Source: an uncultured Acidobacteriota bacterium (GTDB lineage: Bacteria; Acidobacteriota; Vicinamibacteria; Vicinamibacterales; CAVVIG01). From it: a stretch of DNA of 64,000 nucleotides. The translations under genes and the position numbers were made by a program. This document shows, piece by piece, positions 1 through 10,436 of the stretch (position 1 is its first letter; each line of letters starts with the position of its first letter). The DNA is taken from contig CAWBXO010000004.1 of NCBI GenBank assembly GCA_963792785.1, forward strand, positions 1,282,278-1,346,277. Direction: 5' to 3'. The notes beneath the pieces are model-generated. The model had not been told where the DNA came from, searched no databases, and saw only the letters and a program-made list of their open reading frames with translations.

Positions 1-1255
<1,255 letters not shown>

Positions 1256-1281
1256 GGGCGAAAACTATATCATCAATACTG
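1256..1281. promoter_or_regulatory. 26-bp AT-rich divergent spacer between ino1 and the methyltransferase-like gene; putative back-to-back promoters with very short or no leaders
   Basis: The sequence gggcgaaaactatatcatcaatactg is the only AT-rich patch here. On the minus strand, TATAGT (1269-1264) lies 8 nt before GTG 1255. No Shine-Dalgarno sequence fits on either side. Confidence 0.25.
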
Positions 1282-1839
1282 ATGAACCTTTTTGGACGAC
1301 GCGAGGATCCGCACATGCTCTCGGTGCGGATGACGGGCGTGAAGATGGGCGATCAGGTGGCCCTGGTGGGGTGCTCGAACGGCGCCCGGCTGGGGGCGAT
1401 TGCCAGGCAGGTCGGCCTGTCCGGGCGGGCGGTCGGCCTGATGCCGGACCGGGAGACGGCCGAGCGCATGCGCAAGGGCGCGGCGGCGGCCGGGGCGCTG
1501 GTCGAGATCGAGATCACGTCGCCGGTACGGCTGAAGGCCGACAATGACGCGTTCGACCTGGTCGTGGTGGACGACACGGGCGGCCTTCTGGCGTCGATGC
1601 GCGCCGAGGATCGGACGGGGGTGTTCAAGGACCTGCGGCGGATCGTACGGCCGGGCGGACGGGTGGTGATCATCGGCACCGTGCCGCGCGGCGGGGTCGG
1701 CGTGCTGATCTCGCGCGCGCAGAGCGGCCCGCCGTTCGATCCGATGCCGTGGCTGACGGCGGAGAACTTCAAGGCCGTGCGGCTGCTGGCGGAGCGCGAC
1801 GGGTTGAAGTTCATCGAGGGCACGCGGGCGAGGTCATGA
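1282..1839 (+). CDS. class I SAM-dependent methyltransferase-like protein
   Basis: 185-aa ORF with a Rossmann-like motif I (VALVGCSNG), an acidic loop, FDLVVVDD and LRRIVRPGGRVVIIG. Motif I is degenerate. Confidence 0.6.
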   Translation: MNLFGRREDPHMLSVRMTGVKMGDQVALVGCSNGARLGAIARQVGLSGRAVGLMPDRETAERMRKGAAAAGALVEIEITSPVRLKADNDAFDLVVVDDTGGLLASMRAEDRTGVFKDLRRIVRPGGRVVIIGTVPRGGVGVLISRAQSGPPFDPMPWLTAENFKAVRLLAERDGLKFIEGTRARS

Positions 1840-1840
1840 A

Positions 1841-1859
1841 AATGCAGGAATGCAGGAAA
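1841..1859. repeat. AATGCAGG x2 tandem octamer array; left arm of the inverted GCAGGAAT repeat pair
   Basis: aatgcagg aatgcagg aaa starts 2 nt after the TGA at 1837-1839. It is the reverse complement of the array at 2632-2680. Confidence 0.8.
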
Positions 1860-1866
1860 CCGCCGC

Positions 1867-2134
1867 CTATTCATTTAGTCCTGTGGCAAGAACGACCGAG
1901 TACGCCACTAGGGCGAAATACATTACAGGACCGTACACCAACGCCAGCCCACGCGTGAACCACCGAAACTCGGTCGCGAGTACCTGCTAAACCCAGGAGT
2001 AGAACCGCGACTATTTCCCACAGTGGTGGGGCTCCACCACGTGGGCCGGCAAGCACAAACAACGTCTGGGCAATCAGCGGAACGACAACGGATAGTAGCA
2101 GTGCCGGCGTTCGGAACTTCGTTGCTGAAGGCAT
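1867..2134 (-). pseudogene. small 3-TM membrane protein, paralog of 2269..2496, with a 1-nt frameshift near 1980-1984
   Basis: The ATG 2134 frame gives MPSATKFRTPALLLSVVVPLIAQTLFVLAG...EIVAVLLLGLAG, then turns Arg-rich. The +1 frame continues LATEFRWFTRGLALVYGPVMYFALVAYSVVLATGLNE*, which matches the C-terminus of the neighbouring ORF (ALVYAPVM). Confidence 0.35.
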
Positions 2135-2268
2135 TCGGTGGAATTGCAAGAGGAGGCTGCTAGATTCCCAACACGGGCATCCGCCGGCCAATTACAGACA
2201 CGAGACCACTGGCCACGAGAACGAGCGTCGGGTCCAACCATCGGGCCATGATCTTCTTAGATCTTGAG

Positions 2269-2496
2269 TCACGGGCCTCCAAGCACACCCGCCAGGGCGA
2301 GTGCCGAGTAGATCAGCACGATGAACATCACGGGCGCATAGACCAGCGCGATTGCACCGGTTCGACGAGGGTAAGCGCGGGACAGCGGATAGAACCCAAC
2401 CGCGACGGCTACCGGCACCGCGAACACAGAGACAACGTTCGATAGTTCCGGCACGCGGCCACCGATGGCGTAACCGACCGCCAGCGTTCCGGCCAA
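2269..2496 (-). CDS. small hydrophobic membrane protein (hypothetical)
   Basis: 75-aa ORF from TTG: LAGTLAVGYAIGG...VSVFAVPVAVAVGFYPL...GAIALVYAPVMFIVLIYSALALAGVLGGP. The start is uncertain because the first helix seems to begin upstream of any start codon. Confidence 0.4.
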   Translation of the reverse strand: MAGTLAVGYAIGGRVPELSNVVSVFAVPVAVAVGFYPLSRAYPRRTGAIALVYAPVMFIVLIYSALALAGVLGGP

Positions 2497-2631
2497 GGTC
2501 GCGATGGCGAGCGTCGTCGACGCCTAACGATCCGAACCGCCATACTCCGCCCCAGCCTACGCTCATTGCTTAGGTCCCTATCTCGCCCTGGCGTGCGAGA
2601 GTCTGCATTCGCCATGCGTGAAGGTCCATTT

Positions 2632-2680
2632 TGCATTCCTGCATTCCTGCATTCCTGCATTCCTGCATTCCTGCATTTCC
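2632..2680. repeat. TGCATTCC x6 tandem octamer array; right arm of the inverted GCAGGAAT repeat pair
   Basis: Units lie at 2632, 2640, 2648, 2656 and 2664, plus a degenerate unit at 2672-2680. The array abuts the TAG stop (2680-2682) of the minus-strand SDR gene. Confidence 0.85.
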
Positions 2681-3447
2681 TACCGGAGGCATGTGAGGTG
2701 CCGCCCGCCGTCGATCGGGATCGTTTCGCCCGTCATGTTCGCCGCGCGATCTGAGGCGAGAAACAGAATCAAGCTCGCGACTTCATCCGCCTCGCCGGCT
2801 CGTCCAAGCGGATGCGTCGTCTTCGAGCGCTCGAGAAACGACGCATACGCCGCGTCGTCCATGCCGCCGCGCTTGTGCAGGTTCGTCACCGTCACACCGG
2901 GGTTCACCGCGTTCACGCGCACGCCGAACGGCGCCATCTCGAGCGCGGCGCACCGCGTGAGCTGATCCACCGCCGACTTGCTGACGCAGTACGCGAGCAC
3001 GCCGGGGAATGACCGCAGGCCGTTCACGCTCGACACGTTCACGATCGAACCCTTCCGCACTTTCAGGTGCGGCGCCGCCGCGCGCATCAGCCGGAACGGC
3101 GCGCGCACGTTGATGTTCATCATCAGGTCCCACGCCGCGTCTTCGGTCGTCTCGACGGTGCCGGTCCCGATGATGCCGGCCGCGTTCACGAGAATATCGA
3201 GGCCGCCGAAGCCGTCGACCGCCTCGGAGACGACGCGATCGGGCGCGTCCGGATCGGTGAGGTCGGCGCGGCACACGCGCGCGCGGCCGCCGGCTTCGAT
3301 GATGGCCCGCTCGGCCTGCGCGATGGCCGCATCGCTGCGGCCGACCAGCACCACGGAGCCGCCCGCCCGGGCAAAGGCCTCGGCGGTCGCCCGGCCGATG
3401 CCACTCGACGCTCCCGTCACGACGATTACTTTCTTGGAGAAGGGCAT
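2680..3447 (-). CDS. SDR family oxidoreductase (FabG-like short-chain dehydrogenase)
   Basis: 255 aa with TGASSGIGRA cofactor motif, NAAG, S-x12-YCVSK catalytic triad and PGVTVT. Confidence 0.9.
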   Translation of the reverse strand: MPFSKKVIVVTGASSGIGRATAEAFARAGGSVVLVGRSDAAIAQAERAIIEAGGRARVCRADLTDPDAPDRVVSEAVDGFGGLDILVNAAGIIGTGTVETTEDAAWDLMMNINVRAPFRLMRAAAPHLKVRKGSIVNVSSVNGLRSFPGVLAYCVSKSAVDQLTRCAALEMAPFGVRVNAVNPGVTVTNLHKRGGMDDAAYASFLERSKTTHPLGRAGEADEVASLILFLASDRAANMTGETIPIDGGRHLTCLR

Positions 3448-3463
3448 GGGACAGTTTAGAACG

Positions 3464-3499
3464 GTGCTAGCGTGCTAGGTGCTAGGTGCTGGGTGCACT
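3464..3499. repeat. GTGCTAG tandem heptamer array (about 5 units) in a divergent intergenic region
   Basis: gtgctagc gtgctag gtgctag gtgctgg gtgcact. No inverted partner was found nearby. Confidence 0.7.
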
Positions 3500-3601
3500 G
3501 GCACGGGGACGAAATGACCCGGCTGGCGGTCAAGTTCGGGCGAGTCTGGCCGAAAAGATGGGTAGATGGGGCGGCAAGGGTTTTGCTGCAAGGTACTGAT
3601 A

Positions 3602-4663
3602 ATGAAGGTGCGCCTGATTGCGGCCAGCTTGGCGTTCGCTGGGGCCTCCACCGGCCTCCTGGTCGCGGCCGGGCAGCCGCCGGCCCAGGAGCCGGCGCGA
3701 CCGCCGGGGCTCATCTTCTCGAGCCGGGTGGACCTGATTAACGTCACGGCCACGGTCTATGACGATGCCGGACAGTTCGTCGAGGGGCTGACTCAGGACG
3801 ACTTCGTCGTCTACGAGGACGGCGTTCGCCAGGACGTCACGCAGTTCAGCAACGAGCGCGTGCCGGTGAGCCTCGGCATCGCCGTGGACACGAGCGGCAG
3901 CATGGCCGGCGAGAAGATCCACGCCGCCGAGAGCGCGCTGAACCGGTTCCTCTACGATCTGCTCGGCCCGGACGACGAGATCTTCATCACGGCGTTCAGC
4001 GACGAGCCGCGCCTGGCCGAGAGCTGGACAAGCGACCGGTCGCTCCTGAGCCGCGCCCTCGCGCGGCTGAAGCCGACGGGCGGCACGGCGCTCTACGACG
4101 CGGTGGCCCAGGCGGTGCCGACGGCGATGCGGGGCCAGCACCAGAAGAAGGCCCTCGTGGTGATCTCGGACGGGAACGACACGTCGAGCCGGACGAGGGT
4201 GACCGACCTGCGCGAGGCCATCCGGCAGAGCGAGGTGCTGGTCTACGCGATCGGCATCGACGCCGAGTCGCATCCCGCCGCGGGCACGGGCAGCGCGCCG
4301 CCCCGCGGCCCCGAGCCGCCGCGGACGCCGGTGCCCTTCCCCTTTCCGAGCGACCGCCGGCTGCCGCCGCCCTCCACGCCGCCACCCACCGTCTGGACGT
4401 CACCGTCCTCGCCGAGCGAGGAGCGCGTCAACGTCGCGGCGCTGCGGGACATTACCGACGATAGCGGCGGGCGCACCGAGATCATCCGCGACGCCCGGGA
4501 TCTGGACCCGGCCACGGCCGGCATCGCCGACGAATTGAGCCGCCAGTACTTCCTGGGGTACGACACGGCCACCGGCAAGGACGGCAAGTGGCACGCGATT
4601 CGGGTCGAGACCCGCAACCCGGCCTATCACGTTCGCGCCCGCACGGGGTTCATGGCGAACTAG
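3602..4663 (+). CDS. VWA domain-containing protein (acidobacterial VWFA-related type)
   Basis: Signal peptide MKVRLIAASLAFAGA. Motifs VDLINVTATVYD, MIDAS AVDTSGSM, GGTALYDA and SDGNDTSS, with C-terminal WHAIRVETRNPAYHVRARTGF. The track start at 3566 is probably too early. Confidence 0.85.
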   Translation: MKVRLIAASLAFAGASTGLLVAAGQPPAQEPARPPGLIFSSRVDLINVTATVYDDAGQFVEGLTQDDFVVYEDGVRQDVTQFSNERVPVSLGIAVDTSGSMAGEKIHAAESALNRFLYDLLGPDDEIFITAFSDEPRLAESWTSDRSLLSRALARLKPTGGTALYDAVAQAVPTAMRGQHQKKALVVISDGNDTSSRTRVTDLREAIRQSEVLVYAIGIDAESHPAAGTGSAPPRGPEPPRTPVPFPFPSDRRLPPPSTPPPTVWTSPSSPSEERVNVAALRDITDDSGGRTEIIRDARDLDPATAGIADELSRQYFLGYDTATGKDGKWHAIRVETRNPAYHVRARTGFMAN

Positions 4664-4677
4664 AACTAAGATAGGCC

Positions 4678-5426
4678 GTGTCTCTTCTGGCGACGGCCTT
4701 CCTCCTGAGCCTCCTCGGCAGCTTCGGCGGCGTCATCGTGGCGGCCTCGCTCCTGCTCTTCAGCGACTCGATCCGCAAGCGCATCGTGCCGTGGCTCGTG
4801 AGCTACGCGGTCGGCGCGCTGCTGGGCGTCGCGCTCCTCGATCTGCTGCCCGAGGCGCTGGCCGAGCTGCCGGCCGAGCAGGTGCTCGGGACGCTCCTGG
4901 CCGGCATCCTCACCTTCTTCATCCTCGAGAAGCTGGTGCTGTTCCGCCACTGCCATACGGCGGACTGCGAGGTGCACGACGCGGCCGCCGCGCTCGTCCT
5001 GATCGGCGACGGGTTCCACAACTTCGTGGACGGCGCGATCATCGGCGCCGCGGTCCTCACCAGCGTGCCGCTCGGCATCAACACCGCCATCGCCGTCGCC
5101 GCGCACGAGATTCCGCAGGAGGTCGGCGACATCGGCGATCCTGCTCGCGGCGGGGTACTCGCGAACCCGCGCGCTCGTGCTCAACCTCGTCTCCGGCGCC
5201 TCGGGGCTGGTCGGAGCCGTCGGCGCATTCGGCGCCGGTCACCCTCCTGCCGAACGCTCGCCCGTACGTGCTCGCGTTCTCATCGGCGAGCCTCCTCTAC
5301 ATCGCGATGTCGGATCTCATCCCGAACCTTCATCGCGGCCAGCTCGACACGAACGGGGCCCGGCAGGTCGTCCTGCTCTGCCTCGGCATCGCCACCATCG
5401 TGCTGTTCGGGCGGCTGATCGGATAA
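4678..5426 (+). pseudogene. ZIP family metal transporter interrupted by two +1 frameshifts
   Basis: Frame 1 reads to HEIPQEVGDIG (about 5137). Frame 2 reads ILLAAGYSRTRALVLNLVSGASGLVGAVGAFGA (to about 5237). Frame 0 reads VTLLPNARPYVLAFSSASLLYIAMSDLIPNLH... to the stop at 5426. Joined, the three pieces give a normal ZIP C-terminal half. Confidence 0.75.
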
Positions 5427-5435
5427 GGCGGGCGC

Positions 5436-6575
5436 ATGGCGATCAACGCGAAGAACCTGGCGACCATCCAGATGATGTGGCGGCGCGAGGTCGAGGCCGC
5501 GACGACCTACCGGTATCTCGCCGGGCGGGAAACCGACCCCAACCGCCGCGACATCCTGAACCGCCTGGCCGAGCAGGAAGAGACGCACGCCGCGCGCTGG
5601 TCCGAGCGCATCGAAGCCACCACCGGCACGGCGCCCGATCCGCAGACCGTGCGCCAGGGCCTGAACTGGTTCGAGCGCATCGCCGACCCGATCGTGATCC
5701 TCCAGCGCCTCGAGCAGGAGGAGAACCGCGCCGAAGAAGAGTACGACGCCCTGATGGCGCGCCTCGCCGATCCGTCCGACCGGAAGATCGCCGAGGAGGC
5801 CAAGGACGAAGAGCGCGACCACGCGGTGATCCTGCGATCGCTCGCGGGCGGCGCCATGCCGTCGCCCCGCCACACGCTCGACCGGATCCTCGGCCGGGAG
5901 CGCTGGCACGTGCGGGGCACGGGCTGGATCGGCGACGCAATCTACGGCGTCAACGACGGCCTCGGCGCCGTCTTCGGCATCGTCTCGGGGATGGCGGGCT
6001 ACACCGGCGGCAGCGAAGTGGTGCTGGCCGCCGGCCTGGCCGGCATGGCCGCGAGCGCCCTCTCGATGGGCGCGGGCGCGTACCTCGCGTCGAAGTCGCA
6101 GCGCGAGGTGTACGAGGCGGAGGTCGCGCGCGAGCGGGCCGAAATCGAGGAGGACCCGCACGAGGAGATGGTCGAGCTGGAGCTGTTCTACCAGCTCAAG
6201 GGCTTCACGCCCGACGAAGCGCGGAACATGGCCGAGCGGCTGCAGAAAGACCCGAAGCAGTTCCTGCGGGCGCTCGTGCACGAAGAGCTCGGCCTCGCCG
6301 AGGAGACGTTCCCCAACCCGTGGCGCTCCACGATCTCGGCGGCGCTCTCGACGGCCGTCGGCGGGTTCATCCCGATCATCCCGTTCTTCTTCACCGTGGG
6401 CATGCCCGCGGTGATCGCGTCGTTCACCATCAGCACGATCGCCCACTTCGTCGTCGGCGCCTCGAAGGCGCTCGTCACCGCGCGCCCCTGGTGGGCGACG
6501 GGAATCGAGATGACGATCGTCGGAATCCTCGAAGCCGCCATCACGTACGGCCTCGGCCTCGCGTTCGCGTCCTGA
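5436..6575 (+). CDS. mbfA: ferritin-like (erythrin) domain fused to a VIT1/CCC1 iron/manganese transporter, MbfA-like
   Basis: 379 aa. N-terminal four-helix motifs E..A...Y and EQEETHAARW ... EEAKDEERDH. C-terminal VIT1 motifs DAIYGVNDGLGAVFGIVSG and EMTIVGILEAAITYGLG. Confidence 0.8.
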   Translation: MAINAKNLATIQMMWRREVEAATTYRYLAGRETDPNRRDILNRLAEQEETHAARWSERIEATTGTAPDPQTVRQGLNWFERIADPIVILQRLEQEENRAEEEYDALMARLADPSDRKIAEEAKDEERDHAVILRSLAGGAMPSPRHTLDRILGRERWHVRGTGWIGDAIYGVNDGLGAVFGIVSGMAGYTGGSEVVLAAGLAGMAASALSMGAGAYLASKSQREVYEAEVARERAEIEEDPHEEMVELELFYQLKGFTPDEARNMAERLQKDPKQFLRALVHEELGLAEETFPNPWRSTISAALSTAVGGFIPIIPFFFTVGMPAVIASFTISTIAHFVVGASKALVTARPWWATGIEMTIVGILEAAITYGLGLAFAS

Positions 6576-6580
6576 TTGTC

Positions 6581-6610
6581 GGCGCTTGTCCTCGCGAGCG
6601 GACAAGCGCC
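6581..6610 (+). terminator. stem-loop after mbfA
   Basis: GGCGCTTGTCC-tcgcgagc-GGACAAGCGCC is an 11-bp perfect stem beginning 6 nt after the stop. There is no T-tract. Confidence 0.45.
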
Positions 6611-6732
6611 CGCCGATGAGGTCCTCGAAATCCCTGCGAATGCAGCAGGTTGCCGTCCCGCCGGCCTGGCACCAACCTTGAAATAGACCACCTCGGGTGC
6701 CAGCCCGGACGTCGTTCTCATGGGAGGCAGAT

Positions 6733-7281
6733 ATGCTGCTGAAACGAGTGGGGCTCACGCTGGCGGCGCTCGCGCTCACGGCGGGCGTGGCGGCCGCGCA
6801 GGGCCAGCCGAAGAATCTCCAGGTGCTGAACGCGGTGTCGAACAGCGTGAACACGTACGGCTTCTTCACCATCTTCGACGACGTGCATGCGTCGGTCCAC
6901 GATGGCGCGGTCACGCTCACGGGCAAGGTCACGATGCCGTACAAGAGCCGCGACATCGCGAAGCGCGTGAGCAAGCTCGAGGGCGTGACGTCGGTGACGA
7001 ACGATCTCGGGGTGCTGCCGCTATCGTTCCTGGACGACGACCTGCGCTACGGCATCGCGCGCGCGATCTACACCAACCCGAACTTCTGGTACGCGACGAC
7101 GATGCCCAACCCGCCGATCCATGTGATCGTGGAGCGCGGGCACGTCACGATCACGGGCGTCGTGACCAACGAGATGGACAAGGCCATCCTGCGGTCGATC
7201 GTCGGCCAGTCGAGCGCCTTCTCGGTGACGCTCGACGTGAAGACCCCCGCCGAGGTCTCGGCCGAGCTCGAGCATGCCTGA
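6733..7281 (+). CDS. BON domain-containing periplasmic protein (two BON domains)
   Basis: GGGAGG lies 6 nt before ATG 6733. Signal peptide MLLKRVGLTLAALALTAGVAAAQ. Two repeats of the V.V.DG.VTLTG.V pattern. Confidence 0.7.
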   Translation: MLLKRVGLTLAALALTAGVAAAQGQPKNLQVLNAVSNSVNTYGFFTIFDDVHASVHDGAVTLTGKVTMPYKSRDIAKRVSKLEGVTSVTNDLGVLPLSFLDDDLRYGIARAIYTNPNFWYATTMPNPPIHVIVERGHVTITGVVTNEMDKAILRSIVGQSSAFSVTLDVKTPAEVSAELEHA

Positions 7282-7978
7282 CGAGATCGCCGTTCACGTG
7301 GCGCCCGACGCCCGCACGACCGCGCGTATATATCGCGCGCCCGCCGCGGGCGCCGGCGCCACGCTGATGCTCGCGCACGGCGCCGGCGCGGGCCAGGCGA
7401 GCGCGTTCCTCGTGTCGTTCGCGACGGCCATCGCCGCGCGCGGCGTCGACGTGGCGACGTTCAACTTCCTCTACACCGAACGCGGGCGCCGGCTGCCCGA
7501 CCGCGGGCCGGCGCTCGAGGCCTGCTACCGCGCGGCGATCGAGGCGATTCGCGCCGCCGTGCCGAGCGCGCGGCGCACGCTCGTCATCGGCGGCAAGTCG
7601 ATGGGCGGCCGCATCGCGACGCAGGTGGCCGCCGCGGATCCCGTGCTGCCGATCGCCGGCCTCGTGCTCCTCGGCTATCCGCTCCATCCGCCGGGGCGTC
7701 CGGAGAAGAGGCGCGACAAGCACCTGCCGTCGGTCAACCGTCCGATGCTGTTCGTGCAGGGGACCCGGGACACGTTCGGCACGCCCGCGGAACTGGAACC
7801 GCTCCTCGCCACGCTGACGCCACGGCCGGCGCTCTACGCCGTCAACGGCGGCGACCATTCGTTCAAGCTGGCCGGGCGCGGCATGGCCGACCCACAGGCG
7901 GAGGCCTACGGCCATATCCAGCGGACGATCACGGATTGGATCGAAGATCTCGCAAGAAGGCGGCCGCCTGCTCGATGA
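7274..7978 (+). CDS. alpha/beta hydrolase (KANL3/dienelactone-hydrolase-like)
   Basis: 234 aa with nucleophile elbow GGKSMGG, LMLAHGAGAG, and FVQGTRDTFG ... GGDHSF. Confidence 0.75.
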   Translation: MPDEIAVHVAPDARTTARIYRAPAAGAGATLMLAHGAGAGQASAFLVSFATAIAARGVDVATFNFLYTERGRRLPDRGPALEACYRAAIEAIRAAVPSARRTLVIGGKSMGGRIATQVAAADPVLPIAGLVLLGYPLHPPGRPEKRRDKHLPSVNRPMLFVQGTRDTFGTPAELEPLLATLTPRPALYAVNGGDHSFKLAGRGMADPQAEAYGHIQRTITDWIEDLARRRPPAR

Positions 7979-8588
7979 AGGGCGCGGCCCATTCGTGGCC
8001 GGCCTGGAACTCACAGGCCTCGAGCGCGACGCCGGCCTCGCGCAGGCGCGCGGTGTCGGCGTTGAACTTCTCCGCCGTGTACCAGTGATCGGTCGCGCCG
8101 TGGCCGACGAGGATGCGCGGTATGCGGGCGAGCGACGCGCGGTCGATCTCCGGCGGGACGTCGCCGCCCAGCGCGACGACCGCCGCCACGGGACGCGGGG
8201 AGGCGGCGGCCGCGCGGAACGCCGTCGCCACACCCTGCGAGAAGCCCGAGAACACGAGCGGCCCGGCCGTCGGCCACTCCCCCGCCACGGCCTCCACGAC
8301 CGACGCCACATAGGCGAGGTTGTCCGCGATCGCGTGCTCGCGATCCTCCCGCGTCATCCAGCTCGCGATCACCTGGTTCGTGCGCCGGTGATAGAAGCGA
8401 TGCAGCCCCTGGACGCCGACGCGCAGCCAGCCATCGTCGGGGTCGAGCGTCGCCAGCCGGTCCAACGCGATCGCGGCGTTCTCCGCGTAGCCATGGAAGC
8501 CGACGAGCAGCGGCCGCGGCTCGGCGCCGACCGGCGCCGACACGACGTAGCGGCCGTGCGTGCGCGCGGCGATGCTGCGCTCGATCAC
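7929..8588 (-). CDS. phospholipase/carboxylesterase-type alpha/beta hydrolase
   Basis: GTG 8588 overlaps the upstream stop (GTGA). Motifs [13 protein letters not shown] elbow and ILVGHGATD. The 3' end overlaps the convergent gene by 50 nt. Confidence 0.7.
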   Translation of the reverse strand: MIERSIAARTHGRYVVSAPVGAEPRPLLVGFHGYAENAAIALDRLATLDPDDGWLRVGVQGLHRFYHRRTNQVIASWMTREDREHAIADNLAYVASVVEAVAGEWPTAGPLVFSGFSQGVATAFRAAAASPRPVAAVVALGGDVPPEIDRASLARIPRILVGHGATDHWYTAEKFNADTARLREAGVALEACEFQAGHEWAAPFIEQAAAFLRDLRSNP

Positions 8589-8947
8589 GGCAGGGGCCGT
8601 TCGGTGATGAGGAGGTCCGCGACCGGGCGTCCGCCGATCAGGTGCTCCTGGATAATCCGCTCGAGCGCCGCCGGATCGCAGCCCGCGTACCACGTGCCTT
8701 CGGGATAGACGACGGCGATCGGGCCGCCCTCGCAGATCCGGAGGCAGTTCGCCTTCGTGCGGAGGATCCCGCCCTGCTCGCAGAGGCCGAGTGCCTTCAG
8801 CCGCCGCTTCAGGTAGTCCCACGCCTCGAGGCCCTGCTCCTTCGAGCAGCACTTCGGCGTGGTCTGGTCGGCGCAGAGGAAGATGTGCCGGCGCGCCGCG
8901 GGCACGCCGATGCCGGCGGCGATGTCAGCCAGCGCCTTCGCGCTCAC
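8585..8947 (-). CDS. thioredoxin-like [2Fe-2S] ferredoxin domain protein
   Basis: 120 aa with [14 protein letters not shown] ... [20 protein letters not shown] ... [12 protein letters not shown]. Confidence 0.65.
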   Translation of the reverse strand: MSAKALADIAAGIGVPAARRHIFLCADQTTPKCCSKEQGLEAWDYLKRRLKALGLCEQGGILRTKANCLRICEGGPIAVVYPEGTWYAGCDPAALERIIQEHLIGGRPVADLLITERPLP

Positions 8948-10101
8948 AGCGAGTTCGTCCAGTCCCGGATCAGGCCCGGCAGGGTGCGCACGAAGTCACG
9001 GAACTCGGGCATGTAGGTGTACGCGAGCCAGAAGAACAGGATGAGGAAGCCGATGCGCATCAGCCCGCCCCAGAACGCCAGCCAGCCGTAATGATACCGC
9101 CCGTACGAGCGCAGCATGGTGTGCCGGCCGATGATGAGCGGCGTCACGATCATCTGGTAGAGGAGAAAGATCCCGAGCATGCCGGCCCACAGCGGAATGC
9201 CCGCGGGCAGCGACCAGCCGAAGACGAGGCCGCGGGTGCCGAGCGAGATGAGCGACCACACGAGCACGAAGAAGAGCGCCGCGCTGAGCACGGCCACGAT
9301 CGGCACGAGGATCCCGGCGAGCACCTGCATCCCGTAGCGGGGCTGGTGCTCCACGTTCTCGGCCCACCACCGCGACGGCCCGTACACCGCGCCGCGCATC
9401 CGCGACCGCCACTCGCGGTGCTGCCGCCGCCAGCGCTGGCGCCACTCGCGCCGCGAGGCGTGGCGATCGGCGAAGTCGCTGTAGTGCCGCTTGGCATCGT
9501 CGACGAGATCCTTTGCGCTGAACGGCCGGCCGCGCGCGGCCGCGCGCTCCTCGGACGTGTCCGCGTACGGGATCACGAACATCAGGATCGCGTACGCGAG
9601 GATCCACGCGCCCTTCGTGACGAGCGCGAGCAGCACGAAGACGACGCGCACGATGGTGACGTCGACGCCGAGGTAGGCGGCGATCCCGGCGCAGACGCCG
9701 CTCAGCATGGCTTCGTCGTGCAGCTGGTAGAGACGCTTGTGGGCCTGGCCCGCGTCGCCCGCCGCGCCGGCCGGGGCCGAACGCGCGGCGCCGGCGCCCG
9801 CGCCCGCCTGTGACTGGCCCTCCTGGTGCGCCGCGCCGTCGGCCGGCGGCTCGGCCACCGGGCCCATCTCCTCGAGGATCTGGCGCACTTCGGCGGCGTT
9901 CACGACTGACTTGTTCGCGCCGAGATAGCGCTGGCACTTCTCGGCGATCGCCTGCTCGAGGTCGCTCATGATCTCGGCGAGGTCCGGGTTGTCCTTGAGC
10001 TGCGCCGCCGACCGCTCGAGGTACGCGACGAGGGCGGCGTAGGCGTCCTCGTCGAGCTGGTAGGCGTTGCCGTTCAGGTTGATCGTGATGACTTTCTGCA
10101 T
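8944..10101 (-). CDS. PspC domain-containing membrane protein
   Basis: Starts at ATG 10101 ([11 protein letters not shown]). PspC motif [37 protein letters not shown]. Several C-terminal TM helices. Confidence 0.8.
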   Translation of the reverse strand: MQKVITINLNGNAYQLDEDAYAALVAYLERSAAQLKDNPDLAEIMSDLEQAIAEKCQRYLGANKSVVNAAEVRQILEEMGPVAEPPADGAAHQEGQSQAGAGAGAARSAPAGAAGDAGQAHKRLYQLHDEAMLSGVCAGIAAYLGVDVTIVRVVFVLLALVTKGAWILAYAILMFVIPYADTSEERAAARGRPFSAKDLVDDAKRHYSDFADRHASRREWRQRWRRQHREWRSRMRGAVYGPSRWWAENVEHQPRYGMQVLAGILVPIVAVLSAALFFVLVWSLISLGTRGLVFGWSLPAGIPLWAGMLGIFLLYQMIVTPLIIGRHTMLRSYGRYHYGWLAFWGGLMRIGFLILFFWLAYTYMPEFRDFVRTLPGLIRDWTNSL

Positions 10102-10103
10102 GG

Positions 10104-10433
10104 CTATCGTCCCACCTGCGTGATCGTCGCGTTGATGGTCTGCCAGTAGTCGTCGAGCTCGGCGAGATGCGCGCGGCCTTTCGCGGTGAGCTCGTAGTAC
10201 TTGCGCGGCGGCCCGGCGTCGGACTCGCGCCATTCGTAGTCGACGAGACCGTCGCGGCGCAGCTTGCTCAGGAGCGGATAGAGCGTGCCTTCCTGCGTGG
10301 CGAACTCGGTCGCGCTGAGGCGCGCGAGCATGTCGGCGACGTAGACCTTGTCGCCGGCGACGATCCGGAGGATCACGAATTCCAGGAGTCCTTTGCGGAT
10401 CGCGGCGAATTTTTCGGTGATGGGCGTGGTCAC
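10104..10433 (-). CDS. PadR family transcriptional regulator
   Basis: About 110 aa from GTG 10433: LEFVILRIVAGDKVYVADMLARLS...EGTLYPLLSKLRRDGLVDYEWRES...PRKYYELTAKG. Its stop is 2 nt before the pspC-like start. Confidence 0.85.
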   Translation of the reverse strand: MTTPITEKFAAIRKGLLEFVILRIVAGDKVYVADMLARLSATEFATQEGTLYPLLSKLRRDGLVDYEWRESDAGPPRKYYELTAKGRAHLAELDDYWQTINATITQVGR

Positions 10434-10436
10434 CAA

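Noticed and set aside
2566-2965. Short ORFs translating the octamer array as HSCIPAFLHSCIPAFLH or MQECRNAGMQ
   Set aside because: The periodic peptide is just the TGCATTCC repeat read in frame. The same DNA lies in intergenic positions and overlaps the real SDR gene on the other strand.
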